A stretch of DNA of 64,000 nt from Bdellovibrionaceae bacterium UBA6502 (GTDB taxonomy: Bacteria; Bdellovibrionota; Bdellovibrionia; Bdellovibrionales; UBA840), in assembly GCA_002436415.1 (NCBI GenBank), contig DJMA01000027.1, positions 15,782 to 79,781 of the forward strand, read 5' to 3'. Numbering within the stretch: position 1 is the first letter of the stretch; each line of letters begins with the position of its first letter. Below the pieces are notes generated by a model that ran no database searches, had not been told where the DNA came from, and worked only from the letters and a program-made list of their open reading frames with translations. Below are positions 27,507 to 38,689 of this stretch, one piece after another. Position numbers and translations under genes: made by a program.

Positions 27507-27529
27507 TAAAATCTTCTTTTTTGTTTTTG

Positions 27530-27562
27530 AACGGCTTCTCAAATTTGAGAGGCCGTTTTTTT
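27530..27562 (+). terminator. Intrinsic terminator
   Basis: AACGGCTTCTCAAA/TTTGAGAGGCCGTT stem followed by a T-tract. Confidence 0.8.
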
Positions 27563-27623
27563 AGCTAGCGATAATTCAAAACTGCTAAATTCTCTACAAG
27601 CCCATGTCCTTTTAAGCTAGTTT

Positions 27624-29114
27624 CTACTTCGAATTTAAAATATCATATGCCTTTTTTGTTTCTTTATACTTTTTGAACACATTCATAATTCTATATTTGC
27701 TATTTGGAACTTTTAAGTTTTTAGTTACTTCCCCTTGCTCCACCAAAAAGGCTAGGAAAAGAACATTATCAATACCTATTAGTCGTTTGATTTCAGTTCG
27801 ATTTTTAGGGAATTTCTCTAGAGAGTCGTTAACCAATGTTTTCCCTGCTTTAGACCAAATTTTTTGACTTAAGTACCTGTGTTTTTTCTCCTCTAAACTC
27901 AAAGCCATAAAACTCTTTGAGGCTGGGGAAAACTCTGTCACTTCATCAATATTTATCACAGAATACTTCAAAAGCTCATCCAGTATTTCTAAACCATTTT
28001 TGAAACTCTTTCCTGCGTATACACTAATAGAATTTTCTCCGACCCTTATTTGATAATCACGTCGATCCGAATATTCGATTTTACCATTCTCATCACCTAA
28101 ATCATAATCTTCAGCTAACCTAACTTCTAGGTGTTTAAAATTTCCTTGAGACTTAATCCAGAGATAAAGATCATAATACTTTTTCTTTTCCTCTTCATCA
28201 TCAGAGGCCAAAGCTAGTGTAATTAAAAAGCCAGAGTATCTATGAGCTTCTTCAAAAAATTCTTTTTCTTTTTCTCCGATACCCAACCATAGTTTGTGTA
28301 AAATATTATAAGCCTGCCTACATAATTCAGCTGAGTCCTGACAGGATGTTGCCGAATAGACCGTAAATGTTTGGTATTTATCGAAAAATAGTCTTATATC
28401 CCAGTGACTTCCATAAAAAAGCTTATTATGGGATATATACTCTCGAAAAAGATAGGGGCACATAGCTTCATTGTCTCGGCAAGCGTTGATGACCCACATT
28501 GCCTTCGGAGCAGAGATCATTCTTCGTTCCAAAATCATTTCAAGAACCTTTTCTTGGGAAGGGCTATTTGTAGTGAATGAATCAAATATTGCTTTTGCCA
28601 CTTCATTCTTTCTAATTTTCCAATAAGGATCACTAGACTCATCAAACTGTTTATGAAGTAGTTCTTTGAATACAGTTGCGACTTTTTCTATAGTAGGAAC
28701 AGTTTGATCTTCCACGTAGGATCTTTTAATGGCTAGACGGTTCTTGATTCCTGAAAATTTTGTTTTCCAACCAGCAATCCTTTCTCTATCGGTCGCTGGT
28801 AAGTCTAGAATAATTTCTTCTATTCTCAGATCAGTTACACATACTTCTGTATTTTTGGCTGTTGATTTTCGTTCCATATAAAACATTCGGCTGACTTGAT
28901 TAACATAGGTCATGTATTGATCAAAGTCTCCTCCAATATATTTTCGAATGAATTCGTTAAAATCCAAAAGCTCAGTACAATACTCGATACTTATACTGGT
29001 AGGTCTCTGTGTAATCGGGTCTAGAGTTTCATTCCCAGCTTCTTGTCCTTTTGCCTTGAGTAAGTTCGGTAAAGCTAAAAATACTATTAGCAAATAAATA
29101 TTAAGTACCCTCAT
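27624..29114 (-). CDS. Hypothetical secreted protein coupled to TIGR02147 gene
   Basis: ATGA overlap with the upstream stop, signal peptide, mature start KGQEAGNE, and KELLH (degenerate HExxH-like). Confidence 0.75.
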   Translation of the reverse strand: MRVLNIYLLIVFLALPNLLKAKGQEAGNETLDPITQRPTSISIEYCTELLDFNEFIRKYIGGDFDQYMTYVNQVSRMFYMERKSTAKNTEVCVTDLRIEEIILDLPATDRERIAGWKTKFSGIKNRLAIKRSYVEDQTVPTIEKVATVFKELLHKQFDESSDPYWKIRKNEVAKAIFDSFTTNSPSQEKVLEMILERRMISAPKAMWVINACRDNEAMCPYLFREYISHNKLFYGSHWDIRLFFDKYQTFTVYSATSCQDSAELCRQAYNILHKLWLGIGEKEKEFFEEAHRYSGFLITLALASDDEEEKKKYYDLYLWIKSQGNFKHLEVRLAEDYDLGDENGKIEYSDRRDYQIRVGENSISVYAGKSFKNGLEILDELLKYSVINIDEVTEFSPASKSFMALSLEEKKHRYLSQKIWSKAGKTLVNDSLEKFPKNRTEIKRLIGIDNVLFLAFLVEQGEVTKNLKVPNSKYRIMNVFKKYKETKKAYDILNSK

Positions 29115-29854
29115 TTTTTTCTCCTGTTTTCCAAACATTCAAACCAATTGATCTGCAAACAATAGACATCTTTTTTGTGTGTCGAATTATCCTCGATCCA
29201 GTGGTTCAATTTTCTTCTAAAATTTTTAATTTCTTCTTTTATTTGTGGTATTAATTTTGGATCAACTGCTACTGTTAAAGAGCTGTGACTTTTAGTTTCT
29301 GAAGGGGCATAGTGAATTGACTGATTGGCTAGTCCTAATAACTGTTCTTGCAATTTTCTCAAAGACAAATCATCCACATTTTCATGTGGTAAAGTACTAA
29401 GTTGATCAATTCTTTGTACCCATTGCCCATTTTCGTCTAGTTCAATTATTCCCAGACGCAAAAGTTGATTGATTGCCAATTGAACCACTGGGGCCGATAG
29501 CCCCAATTTGTTGGCCACCCACTTCGGACTGCTTTGAAAATCTTTTAACTGAAAACATTCAAGTATCGCGAAATAGTACCATTGAGCGACAAATTCAAAT
29601 CTTTCAGCCTCTAAAATTTCAAACTCTTTATCTTTAAAAAGAGATTTTATCTTAGGACTAGAAATGTTAATTCTTTTACTGATCCCCAATAGTTTTTTTG
29701 AACTAAAAACTTTTTCCCCGCGAAAAAATTTACTCAATGCACCTGGGTCGACTTCCAAATACCTGGCATGCGAACGCAAACTATAGTTTGCGTTACGACT
29801 TTTTCGTTGGAGAAAATCTTGTTCAATATGTTCTTTTAGTGCCTGTAAATCCAT
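29111..29854 (-). CDS. TIGR02147/DUF4423-family protein (putative HTH regulator)
   Basis: RKSRNANYSLRSHARYL (cf. RxxxNPxYSLRAFARxL), QWYYFAILE, SSLTVAVD, EIKNFRRKL and VYCLQINWF. Confidence 0.88.
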   Translation of the reverse strand: MDLQALKEHIEQDFLQRKSRNANYSLRSHARYLEVDPGALSKFFRGEKVFSSKKLLGISKRINISSPKIKSLFKDKEFEILEAERFEFVAQWYYFAILECFQLKDFQSSPKWVANKLGLSAPVVQLAINQLLRLGIIELDENGQWVQRIDQLSTLPHENVDDLSLRKLQEQLLGLANQSIHYAPSETKSHSSLTVAVDPKLIPQIKEEIKNFRRKLNHWIEDNSTHKKDVYCLQINWFECLENRRKK

Positions 29855-29896
29855 GGCTTTTAGATAACAGTTGTGTGTAGCAAATCAAAGCTGAGT

Positions 29897-29944
29897 TACA
29901 ACAAAGTGTTGAAGTCCGATTTACAACAGGTACTTTCTACAACA
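29897..29944. promoter_or_regulatory. TACAACA repeats, candidate operator
   Basis: TACAACA at 29897, 29922 and 29938. The first copy pairs with an inverted TGTTGAA at 29907. Confidence 0.5.
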
Positions 29945-30018
29945 GCATATAGAATTTATAGATTTTAATCCATTTGGGGGACTTTAAATAGGGCTTTAGA
30001 GTCTCAAAGCGAAAGGCT

Positions 30019-30339
30019 TCAAATATGCAAATTTTTTTGAAATGCAATTCCTTGTTCGTCAACATTGGCATAAACCACATCCACGATACTCATTGCCTCC
30101 AGAGAACTACTGCTTTCAATATTTATTAGTTCATAATCGAATGTTCCAGTATTACTAAAAAACCATGGTTTTTTTGATTCTTTGAATTCCTCCACTTCCT
30201 GGATTTCAATGCTTCCCGGAAGGGAAGCGTAAAAAGGAAGATTCGAATTGAGGAAGTTTAAAAAAACTTCCCAATTCTTTTCTGCAACGGCCCGATAGAA
30301 AATTTGCACCGATTCTTCGATACCCAATGCTTTATCCAC
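30019..30339 (-). pseudogene. NTF2/SnoaL-like protein, probably C-terminally truncated
   Basis: N-terminal helix 'VQIFYRAVAEKNWEVF' and strand pattern fit NTF2-like. It stops at ...KNLHI without the final Wxxxx(H) strand. Confidence 0.4.
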
Positions 30340-30342
30340 GCC

Positions 30343-30933
30343 TCAAGTCTCTTTTCTGTAAAAGTATCTGTAACTAAGAAGTTGCCAGCTTAAAATTAAA
30401 ATCAATAAACTTGCGTTTGAACTAGGAAGACCTGAGTAGTTAAAGAGTTGTAGGTTGTCGCTACTAACACTTACTTTTGGTTTTGGATTTTCAATAGGAT
30501 AAAAATTTATGCCGATGCTAATAAAGCCATTTTTACCTTCCTTTGCCACATCAGCTGGGTATTTGCCAATTTTAATGGTGAACATAGAAAGAAGTAGTAA
30601 AAAGATCACAAGAGCACTGGTTGAAAAGAAAGTGTATTTGGCAGCGCTTCCTGTTATTTGTACTTCTCTTTCATCTCGTTCTTTGATACCTGAAATTTTC
30701 TTTAAAACAATTTCTCTAAAGTCACTTTTGAAAAGAGTTTTACAACTAAGGTAAGCTGCTGAAACTACCCAAGTCATGGCAATCCAACCCAAAAAATTCC
30801 ATAAGATCCCTTGTAGCCCAGTGGCCATGCTTAATTCTTCTGGATTTCCAGTTGATCCCCAAATTCCCAAACCAACTAAAAGTGGAATGCTGTAAACGCA
30901 GTATTTGATTATGATGTTGTCAATTTTATTCAT
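30343..30933 (-). CDS. Membrane protein with DERE motif (DUF2178-like)
   Basis: About four TM segments and KERDERE...A; coupled to the XRE gene. Confidence 0.65.
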   Translation of the reverse strand: MNKIDNIIIKYCVYSIPLLVGLGIWGSTGNPEELSMATGLQGILWNFLGWIAMTWVVSAAYLSCKTLFKSDFREIVLKKISGIKERDEREVQITGSAAKYTFFSTSALVIFLLLLSMFTIKIGKYPADVAKEGKNGFISIGINFYPIENPKPKVSVSSDNLQLFNYSGLPSSNASLLILILSWQLLSYRYFYRKET

Positions 30934-31156
30934 GATTTCCCTCGATGTTAAAAACTTCGTTAATGTTCTTTTTAAAGAAGAGTGAAATGCGAAAGGCTAG
31001 TTCTAAGGAAGGATTGTATTTTCCTTTTTCGATGGAACCAATCGTAGCTCGAGTCACTTCAATGGCTTGGGCTAACTCTTCTTGTGTAACTTTGTTCTCA
31101 GCCCTCAAACTGGAGATTTGATTGCTGATATTTAATTTCATTGGTGATTTACCCAT
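30926..31156 (-). CDS. XRE-family HTH regulator
   Basis: TQEELAQAIEVTRATIGSIEKGKYNPSLELA; GAGGAG RBS. Confidence 0.92.
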   Translation of the reverse strand: MGKSPMKLNISNQISSLRAENKVTQEELAQAIEVTRATIGSIEKGKYNPSLELAFRISLFFKKNINEVFNIEGNHE

Positions 31157-31226
31157 ATAGGCTCCTCATTTTTAGCTATAGCGATCTCCAAATCAAAGTG
31201 CGCAGCTTTGAATTTGGCCTTGATAT

Positions 31227-31270
31227 ATGTATAGTTTATTTTACATTTCAATGTAAAGTTTATTTTACAT
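31227..31270. promoter_or_regulatory. Tandem palindromic operators for XRE regulator
   Basis: ATGTATAGTTTATTTTACAT (31227-31246) and ATGTAAAGTTTATTTTACAT (31251-31270), i.e. ATGTAAA-N6-TTTACAT. Confidence 0.75.
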
Positions 31271-31543
31271 ACCGGTAAGCTGTTTTGTTTTTGTTTACGG
31301 AATTTCAATTACTTAGAGATTTGACGCGAATGTTAAAAATATTATTTCCCTTTGCCTACAAAGGCTAGCGCTTTTAGGGAGAGTTCTAACAAGCCTGTTA
31401 GGCTCATTGATAATTAAATTAAAAGTAATTTCGGAGGTAGATGGTTTTTGGGAGGCCTTGCGTCCTAGGCATGAGGAAGTTTTAAAGGAAAAACATACGC
31501 CTATCGATGAAGACTCTCCAAGGAAAAGCGTATGTCTATGCAA

Positions 31544-32362
31544 CTAATCTAGATGAAACTCAATATGGTCTTTTATAAAACTACTAATAAAGTAATAACT
31601 ATGATCAAACCCATCTTGATATCTTAGCTCTAGTTCTTGGTCTTTATCTTTACAAACCTTCTCTAAATTTTCACTTAAAAGTTGGTTTGGATAAAACTCA
31701 TCATTTAATCCTTGATCGATCAAAATCTTTGCTGGATGAAGTTTTCCAGATTGGATTAACTCACAAGCATCATAGTTTTTCCAATCTTCTTTGTTATCTC
31801 CTAAATAACCAGTGAAAGCTTTTTGTCCCCAAGCACATTGACTAGGATTTACGATGGGGGAGAAAGCACTAATTTTAGAAAACACTTCTGGGTTTCTTAA
31901 ACCAATAACTAAAGCTCCATGTCCACCCATTGAGTGACCAGAAATAGATATCTTATTCACATTAAAAGAATCTTTAAGTAAAGACACTAAGTCATTCACA
32001 ATATAGTCGTACATATTGTAATTTTCTTTGTAGTCCTCTGTGGTAGCATTTAGGTAAAATCCAGCTCCAGATCCAAAATCATAGGACTCATGTTCATTTG
32101 GCAAGTCCAAGCCTCTTGGTGAGGTATCAGGGCAAATGATCATAGTATTAGAATCTTTTAAGTGAAATTGCGCTCCGGCTTTTGTAATAAAGTTCTCTTC
32201 AGTGCAAGTTAAACCAGACAGCCAAATTATAGCGGAATCTACTTTTTGTTTAGGTAAAAAGTAAGAAAACTTCATTTCTGTTTTTGTAGCTTTGGATTGG
32301 TGAGAGGCAAAAACCGTCTCACCACCAAATGTTTTGTGTTTTTTAATTACTTCAAAACTCAT
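31544..32362 (-). CDS. fghA: S-formylglutathione hydrolase
   Basis: Motifs WLSGLTC, PDTSPRG, GAGFY, GHSMGG, WGQKAF and DHSYYFI. Start refined to 32362. Confidence 0.95.
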   Translation of the reverse strand: MSFEVIKKHKTFGGETVFASHQSKATKTEMKFSYFLPKQKVDSAIIWLSGLTCTEENFITKAGAQFHLKDSNTMIICPDTSPRGLDLPNEHESYDFGSGAGFYLNATTEDYKENYNMYDYIVNDLVSLLKDSFNVNKISISGHSMGGHGALVIGLRNPEVFSKISAFSPIVNPSQCAWGQKAFTGYLGDNKEDWKNYDACELIQSGKLHPAKILIDQGLNDEFYPNQLLSENLEKVCKDKDQELELRYQDGFDHSYYFISSFIKDHIEFHLD

Positions 32363-32363
32363 A

Positions 32364-33500
<1,137 letters not shown>

Positions 33501-33594
33501 CTAAGCTCATTTGAGCATTTTTTGTTGAGTTATAAATATAACACCAATCTTAGATTGTTGACAAAATTGAATATTTTAAACAAATTGTTCTTGT

Positions 33595-34476
33595 ATGAAA
33601 ACAATAAAGAACCTCTCAGAGATCTATAGCTTTATTAAAGTCGGGGAGCACCAGTCCTTTTCAAAGGCCGCGGATGAACTTGGTGTGTCAAAATCTTTGC
33701 TTAGTAAAACCGTTCGTGATTTGGAAGAAAAAATGAACAGAAACCTTTTTAAGAGAAATACAAGGCAGGTTCATTTTACTGAATTGGGAAGGCAATATTT
33801 TGATTACTACAAGTCTAAGGTTGAAGATTTAGAAGTCTTTAATGATTTATTTTTGGTGGAGAGTTTCTCGCAAGAAGAGAGTTTGAAAATTACACTCGCC
33901 GGAGCCTACGGAGAAGAGAGAGTCGCGGAAGCATTAGCGAAAGTTTTAAAGCGTTATCCAAGAGTGAGAGCGCAATTGGACTTTAGTGCTGAGCTAGTTG
34001 ATATTTTCGAACACTCTTATGATTTGGCGATTAGGGTAAGTAGAAAGAAGCCGGCAAAAGGTTACGTTCAGCAAATCTCTGCAAGACGAGAGTATGTTTG
34101 TGCTTCTCCTGACTATATTGAACGTTTCGGTAAGCCAATACTACCTAAAGACTTACAGGATCATAATTGTCTGGCTGGTCAGCAAAGTATATGGCATTTT
34201 CGCAGAAACAATAAGGTTGAGAAAATTGAAGTTAATGGAAACTTTCAGTCTACCAATGGTAGAGCGATTTGTTCTGCGGCACTTGGTGGACTTGGTGTGT
34301 GTAAACTTCCTGAGTCCTATGTACAAAAATACATTCAGCAGGGACAGTTAATGATTTTGTTAGATGAATTTACTGAGAAGGAAGTTCCAATATGGGCAAT
34401 TACAGCAAGTAAGTCTTCTACTACAGAAATTTTAAAATCTTTGATAGAACAAATTCAAAAAGAAAGCAGTAGCTAG
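33595..34476 (+). CDS. LysR-family regulator (CrgA-like)
   Basis: Motifs SFSKAADELG, LFKRNTR, DLAIR, ASPDY and HNCL; divergent from frmA. Confidence 0.9.
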   Translation: MKTIKNLSEIYSFIKVGEHQSFSKAADELGVSKSLLSKTVRDLEEKMNRNLFKRNTRQVHFTELGRQYFDYYKSKVEDLEVFNDLFLVESFSQEESLKITLAGAYGEERVAEALAKVLKRYPRVRAQLDFSAELVDIFEHSYDLAIRVSRKKPAKGYVQQISARREYVCASPDYIERFGKPILPKDLQDHNCLAGQQSIWHFRRNNKVEKIEVNGNFQSTNGRAICSAALGGLGVCKLPESYVQKYIQQGQLMILLDEFTEKEVPIWAITASKSSTTEILKSLIEQIQKESSS

Positions 34477-34488
34477 GCTACCGCTTTT
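34463..34488. terminator. Hairpin/terminator between convergent genes
   Basis: AAAGCAGTAGC-TAG-GCTACCGCTTTT. Confidence 0.5.
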
Positions 34489-34533
34489 AACGTTATTTTT
34501 TAATTTTGTAAGTCATGCTCAATAAAACTTGCT

Positions 34534-35643
34534 TTAATAGTCAGCTTCTTTGTCGATGATGATCTTTCGCATTTGTTTAACAATGTCATCATCAACAAAG
34601 TATTCAATACGTTTGATATCACCATGCTGTCCATTTCTCTGGGTGTAGTTCAAATTGTTAAAAAGCGCTAAGAATACTCTCGCGTAAAGAAGGTCTGTAG
34701 ACTCTTTACTATAGGTAGTTTCTGGAAAAATTCTTTCTCGCTCAAATTTTATAGTTCTTCCAAATTGAATGAAGTCTTCAAAATAGAAGTCCATTGTCTC
34801 TAATTTTTCCAAAGAAGAATTTGCATCAAGAAGGAGTCGTCTTTGTATTCCATGGATCACTTCTTGCCAGTCTGCGTAAATCTTTACAGGGACTCCTGCT
34901 TTCTCAATATTCTCTTCTAAAAACTTGATATTTCCTTTGAAGACACTAAGAAGGCGCATAGCAATCAATGGATTGTCCTTTGGCATTAATGGTGAAAGGC
35001 TTTGTTCAAAGGAGGTGGGATCTGTTTTGCTTATACTTTCTAGGACCTTTGTAAATTGATTGTTAGGTAGTTGATACGCTTTATGAATTAATTCTCTAGA
35101 AAAGCTGCTTAGGAAAAGTTCCGAGGGTTCAGAAATTTGATTACGAATATTATCAGCACTTGCAAGTACCATAGTTTCCATATTCTGATGAAATTTTGCA
35201 ATAGATTGAGCCTTGTCGTCAGAACTTTTAAAGTACTCAGCTAGATTTAAGACATCTCTCTGAGCTTCCAAGATTTCAAAATGAAAAGCAACAGCCTCTG
35301 CGATGGGAAAAATATCTTGGCTACGATAAAAAAGTCCCATATTACTTCGGATATATTTTAGTTTCGATTTTAAATTGAAAAGAACTTCTGCTTTATATAT
35401 ACCAATACTACCGGTCTCATTGTTCGATACTACTCTAGCATTTGTTGATCCAGATTTTGAAATTATGGAGTCATAATCTGCAATGATCCTATCCATAAGA
35501 GCACTATCTTTTTGATATGCCTGGTTTCTGGAAACAAAAACTGAACTCAAATGACATAGGAACCTACGATGACCAGCGTTTACATTGGTGACAAGCATAC
35601 TTAGAATTATGATAAGGAAAATAGATCCTTTTGATCTTTTCAC
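34534..35643 (-). CDS. Hypothetical secreted helical protein
   Basis: AGGAGG RBS, GTG start, and signal peptide ending VNA. Confidence 0.75.
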   Translation of the reverse strand: MKRSKGSIFLIIILSMLVTNVNAGHRRFLCHLSSVFVSRNQAYQKDSALMDRIIADYDSIISKSGSTNARVVSNNETGSIGIYKAEVLFNLKSKLKYIRSNMGLFYRSQDIFPIAEAVAFHFEILEAQRDVLNLAEYFKSSDDKAQSIAKFHQNMETMVLASADNIRNQISEPSELFLSSFSRELIHKAYQLPNNQFTKVLESISKTDPTSFEQSLSPLMPKDNPLIAMRLLSVFKGNIKFLEENIEKAGVPVKIYADWQEVIHGIQRRLLLDANSSLEKLETMDFYFEDFIQFGRTIKFERERIFPETTYSKESTDLLYARVFLALFNNLNYTQRNGQHGDIKRIEYFVDDDIVKQMRKIIIDKEADY

Positions 35644-35893
35644 AATAAACCTCCTTCGGTTTTTTCGAAGGATACCAAGAGATTCTTAGTTGGAAATGAA
35701 ATTTGTATTTATTCCTTGGGAGTTAGAATTGAAGTAAGTTGTTGTAAGTTAAAAAATAGAGGAATAACTCCAAAGTCTGAAGAGAAGGGGGGGATTAGTT
35801 TGCTTCCAATACTTAGATCTATGATGCCAGTTCTGAAAAATGGCATGGCCCTCTGGGTTTGTGAAAATTATGTGGTAAATAGATTAAACGAAC

Positions 35894-37651
35894 TCAATTC
35901 ATGGCTTTTTTCATTCTAACAGAAAACCTATCAATCTCCTCGAAGCCAGATACTCGTAAATCGCTTCTTTCCTTCCCTTTTGCATCGTAAAAAATGACAG
36001 TGGGAAGGCCTAAAATATTGTAGCGTTCTACCAGATCAGAAACTTCACTCAAACTTGTGGCATCCACAAAGTATAAATCAAAGTTTTCAGCAAGTTCTTT
36101 AAACTCTTTTGTTGTGAAGGTCTTTTCTTCAAGTTCCTTACAGGCAGCACACCACTCTGCTTTAAAATCAATTATTACAGGACGACCTGCGCTGCGAGAG
36201 GCCGTTAATTTTTCGTCGCTATATTGCTTCCATGGTCCATGCTCAACTTGTTGCTTTGGAACTAATTTTTCTTGGTAACTCATGCCACTTTTGAAAATAA
36301 AGAACACACCGACTGCGATGCCTATGGAGCCGATGAGTTTTTTAAGGTACCAAATATGTTTCTTATCGGGCTTTTGTAAAAAACCTAATACAAAGCCAGT
36401 GCACATACTACCGAAACCAATGATGCCTAAGACCCACTCTCGCGGCATGAGGGGAGAGGCAAAGTATAAAGCTAATGCTAGCATACTAACGCCAAAAATA
36501 AATTTCACCATATCCATCCAAGTACCTGAGCGAGGTAGGTATTGGATTAAACTTGAAAAGGTTCCTAAAACTAAAAACAACAAACCTAATCCAGATGCGA
36601 AAGTAAAAAGTAACCAAAAGCCCAAGGCCATATCTTGTGTCTTCGCTACAAATGCCAAAATACCTACTAGAACAGGTCCAACGCAAGGACTGGCAACCAC
36701 GCCAGCTATTAATCCAGCTGCAAAAGCGCCAATATAACCAGAAGATTGGCCTGATTTCATCACTCGGTTGCTAATGAATGAAGGTGTTTTAATTTCAAAC
36801 AAGCCAAACATACTCAATGACATGGCAATCAACACACCTGCGATTGCTCCAACTACAATTGGGTTACTCATAAAAGAGCCAAAAAGAGCCCCAGTCTTTG
36901 CTGCAAAGAGTCCTAGTAGGGAGTAGGTAAAAGCGATACCGGCCACATAAGAAAGGCTACTTAAAAAACTTTTGAATCTAGAGATATCGGCAGCTCTACT
37001 CCCAATGATCGCTAGGGTGATAGGGATCATTGGAAAAACGCAAGGCGTGAAACTAGTTAACACACCGGCAAAGAAAACAAAAAGAAAGGTAAAAAACCAA
37101 CCTTTCTCCAAAGCCTTCTCAAAACTTAAACTTTCTTTTTCAGCGACACCTATCGGAGCATCTTCCAATCCAATCCCTACGTTAGGGCCCTCGGCTCGAA
37201 ATTGTAAATCAACAAATTTGGTTCTTGGTAGTAAACAGTATTTTTCAGAACAAGCTTGGTATTTCAGGCCTATAGGTATGCTCTGTATGCCTGCTTTTTT
37301 TAATTTTGGTAGTTCTGCAGTCAGACGAATTTTAACTTTTCCCAGTAATACAGCTCTCTCTTTTTTGGAATGAGAGTCAAATTTCATTTTGATGGGCTGG
37401 ATATCAAGTTTGCCACTTTTCACAGGGAAATCTTTTGGCCAAATGATTTGAGTTTTGTTCTCGTAGAGATAGTGATTGTCGATGATCTTTACATCTAAAT
37501 TTAAGTTAACAATTTGCTCAGAATCTACTTTTTGTTGGTCGAAATAAGCATCAAATTGAACGATGTTTTTGGGAGGCTGGTCCATTCCAAAAGAAACGAT
37601 AGAAATAAATGTAATTACTAGGCTAAATAAGAATCTGTGCATACCTGTCAT
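35894..37651 (-). CDS. dsbD: Thiol:disulfide interchange protein DsbD
   Basis: Motifs YQACSEKYCLLP, FTPCVFPM, ASPCVGP, LPRSGTWM, WCAAC and GLPT. Confidence 0.93.
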   Translation of the reverse strand: MTGMHRFLFSLVITFISIVSFGMDQPPKNIVQFDAYFDQQKVDSEQIVNLNLDVKIIDNHYLYENKTQIIWPKDFPVKSGKLDIQPIKMKFDSHSKKERAVLLGKVKIRLTAELPKLKKAGIQSIPIGLKYQACSEKYCLLPRTKFVDLQFRAEGPNVGIGLEDAPIGVAEKESLSFEKALEKGWFFTFLFVFFAGVLTSFTPCVFPMIPITLAIIGSRAADISRFKSFLSSLSYVAGIAFTYSLLGLFAAKTGALFGSFMSNPIVVGAIAGVLIAMSLSMFGLFEIKTPSFISNRVMKSGQSSGYIGAFAAGLIAGVVASPCVGPVLVGILAFVAKTQDMALGFWLLFTFASGLGLLFLVLGTFSSLIQYLPRSGTWMDMVKFIFGVSMLALALYFASPLMPREWVLGIIGFGSMCTGFVLGFLQKPDKKHIWYLKKLIGSIGIAVGVFFIFKSGMSYQEKLVPKQQVEHGPWKQYSDEKLTASRSAGRPVIIDFKAEWCAACKELEEKTFTTKEFKELAENFDLYFVDATSLSEVSDLVERYNILGLPTVIFYDAKGKERSDLRVSGFEEIDRFSVRMKKAMN

Positions 37652-37823
37652 ACCTGTTGGTGTTTCTGAGTTCCTTTTTATTACATTCGGCTAGATTAAA
37701 AAAGGAGTTAATGAAAAAGCCCCTAACTTAGGTCCAAAATGCAACTCGGTGCCTCATCTTGATAAAATTTTATGCCGATGAGCGATGCAGAAGGTCATAG
37801 ATCAGCAACGGAGGCTTTACAAC

Positions 37824-38669
37824 ATGGGTATTTTCGGAATGATTTTCGTAATCGGAATGGTGCTTGGAGGTTATGTCCTTCACGGCGGGAAAATCCATGT
37901 CCTAATTCAGCCGACTGAGGTTATGATTATCGGTGGTGCTGCCGTTGGTGGAATGTTCATAATGGCTCCGATGGCTACGGTCACAACTGGTATTAAGTTA
38001 TCTATTAAGGCCTTAACGAGTAGTGGAATTAAAAAAGAAACCTATATTGAGTTATTACAGATGCTGTTTCAATTGTTTCAAACTTTCAGAAAAGAAGGAC
38101 CACAGGCAGTTGAGGCTCATGTTGAAAACCCAAACAATAGCGAAATTTTTAAAAAATCTTCCTACTTTCTAAAAAATCACCATGCCGTTCATTACCTTTG
38201 TGACACATTAAAAGTAACTCTATCTGCTGACATTAGTCAGTATGATTTAGAGGATCTATTAACAGAAGATTTAAAAGCAATTCATGAAGAAGAACATGCT
38301 GCTCATCACGTAATAGCTACAACCTCAGAGGCTTTTCCTGGTTTAGGGATTGTTGCCGCAGTACTTGGGGTTGTAATCACGATGGGTAAACTTGATCAGG
38401 GGGCTCAAGCCATTGGTAACTCGGTTGCCGCGGCATTAGTTGGTACCTTTTTAGGGGTATTGTTGTCTTATGGATTTGTTGGACCGATTGCAGGAAAAAT
38501 TGCAGTGGATATTGAAGACGAAGGAAGGTATTTGACTGCCATCAAAGCGGCTCTTGTGGCCAATCAACGAGGCGCGCCTCCATTGGTATGTGTAGATTTC
38601 GCAAGACGATCTATGCCACCACATGTGAGACCATCGTTCGAAGAAATGGATGCAGCGGTAAAAGGATAA
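37824..38669 (+). CDS. motA: Flagellar stator MotA
   Basis: Motifs QPTE..IIGGAA, PGLGIVAAVLGVV and AAALVGTFLG. GGAGG RBS before ATG 37824; GCCGATGA (sigma-28 -10-like) at 37774. Confidence 0.92.
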   Translation: MGIFGMIFVIGMVLGGYVLHGGKIHVLIQPTEVMIIGGAAVGGMFIMAPMATVTTGIKLSIKALTSSGIKKETYIELLQMLFQLFQTFRKEGPQAVEAHVENPNNSEIFKKSSYFLKNHHAVHYLCDTLKVTLSADISQYDLEDLLTEDLKAIHEEEHAAHHVIATTSEAFPGLGIVAAVLGVVITMGKLDQGAQAIGNSVAAALVGTFLGVLLSYGFVGPIAGKIAVDIEDEGRYLTAIKAALVANQRGAPPLVCVDFARRSMPPHVRPSFEEMDAAVKG

Positions 38670-38689
38670 ACAATAAAAAAGGCTAAGGA

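Noticed and set aside
30004-30021. TGA readthrough or selenocysteine extending the NTF2-like ORF
   Set aside because: A second in-frame TGA follows after only four codons (SLSL).
31313-31547. 76-aa minus-strand ORF and the open antisense frame between the XRE gene and fghA
   Set aside because: Neither has a convincing RBS or recognisable motif. It could be a gene remnant but cannot be supported.
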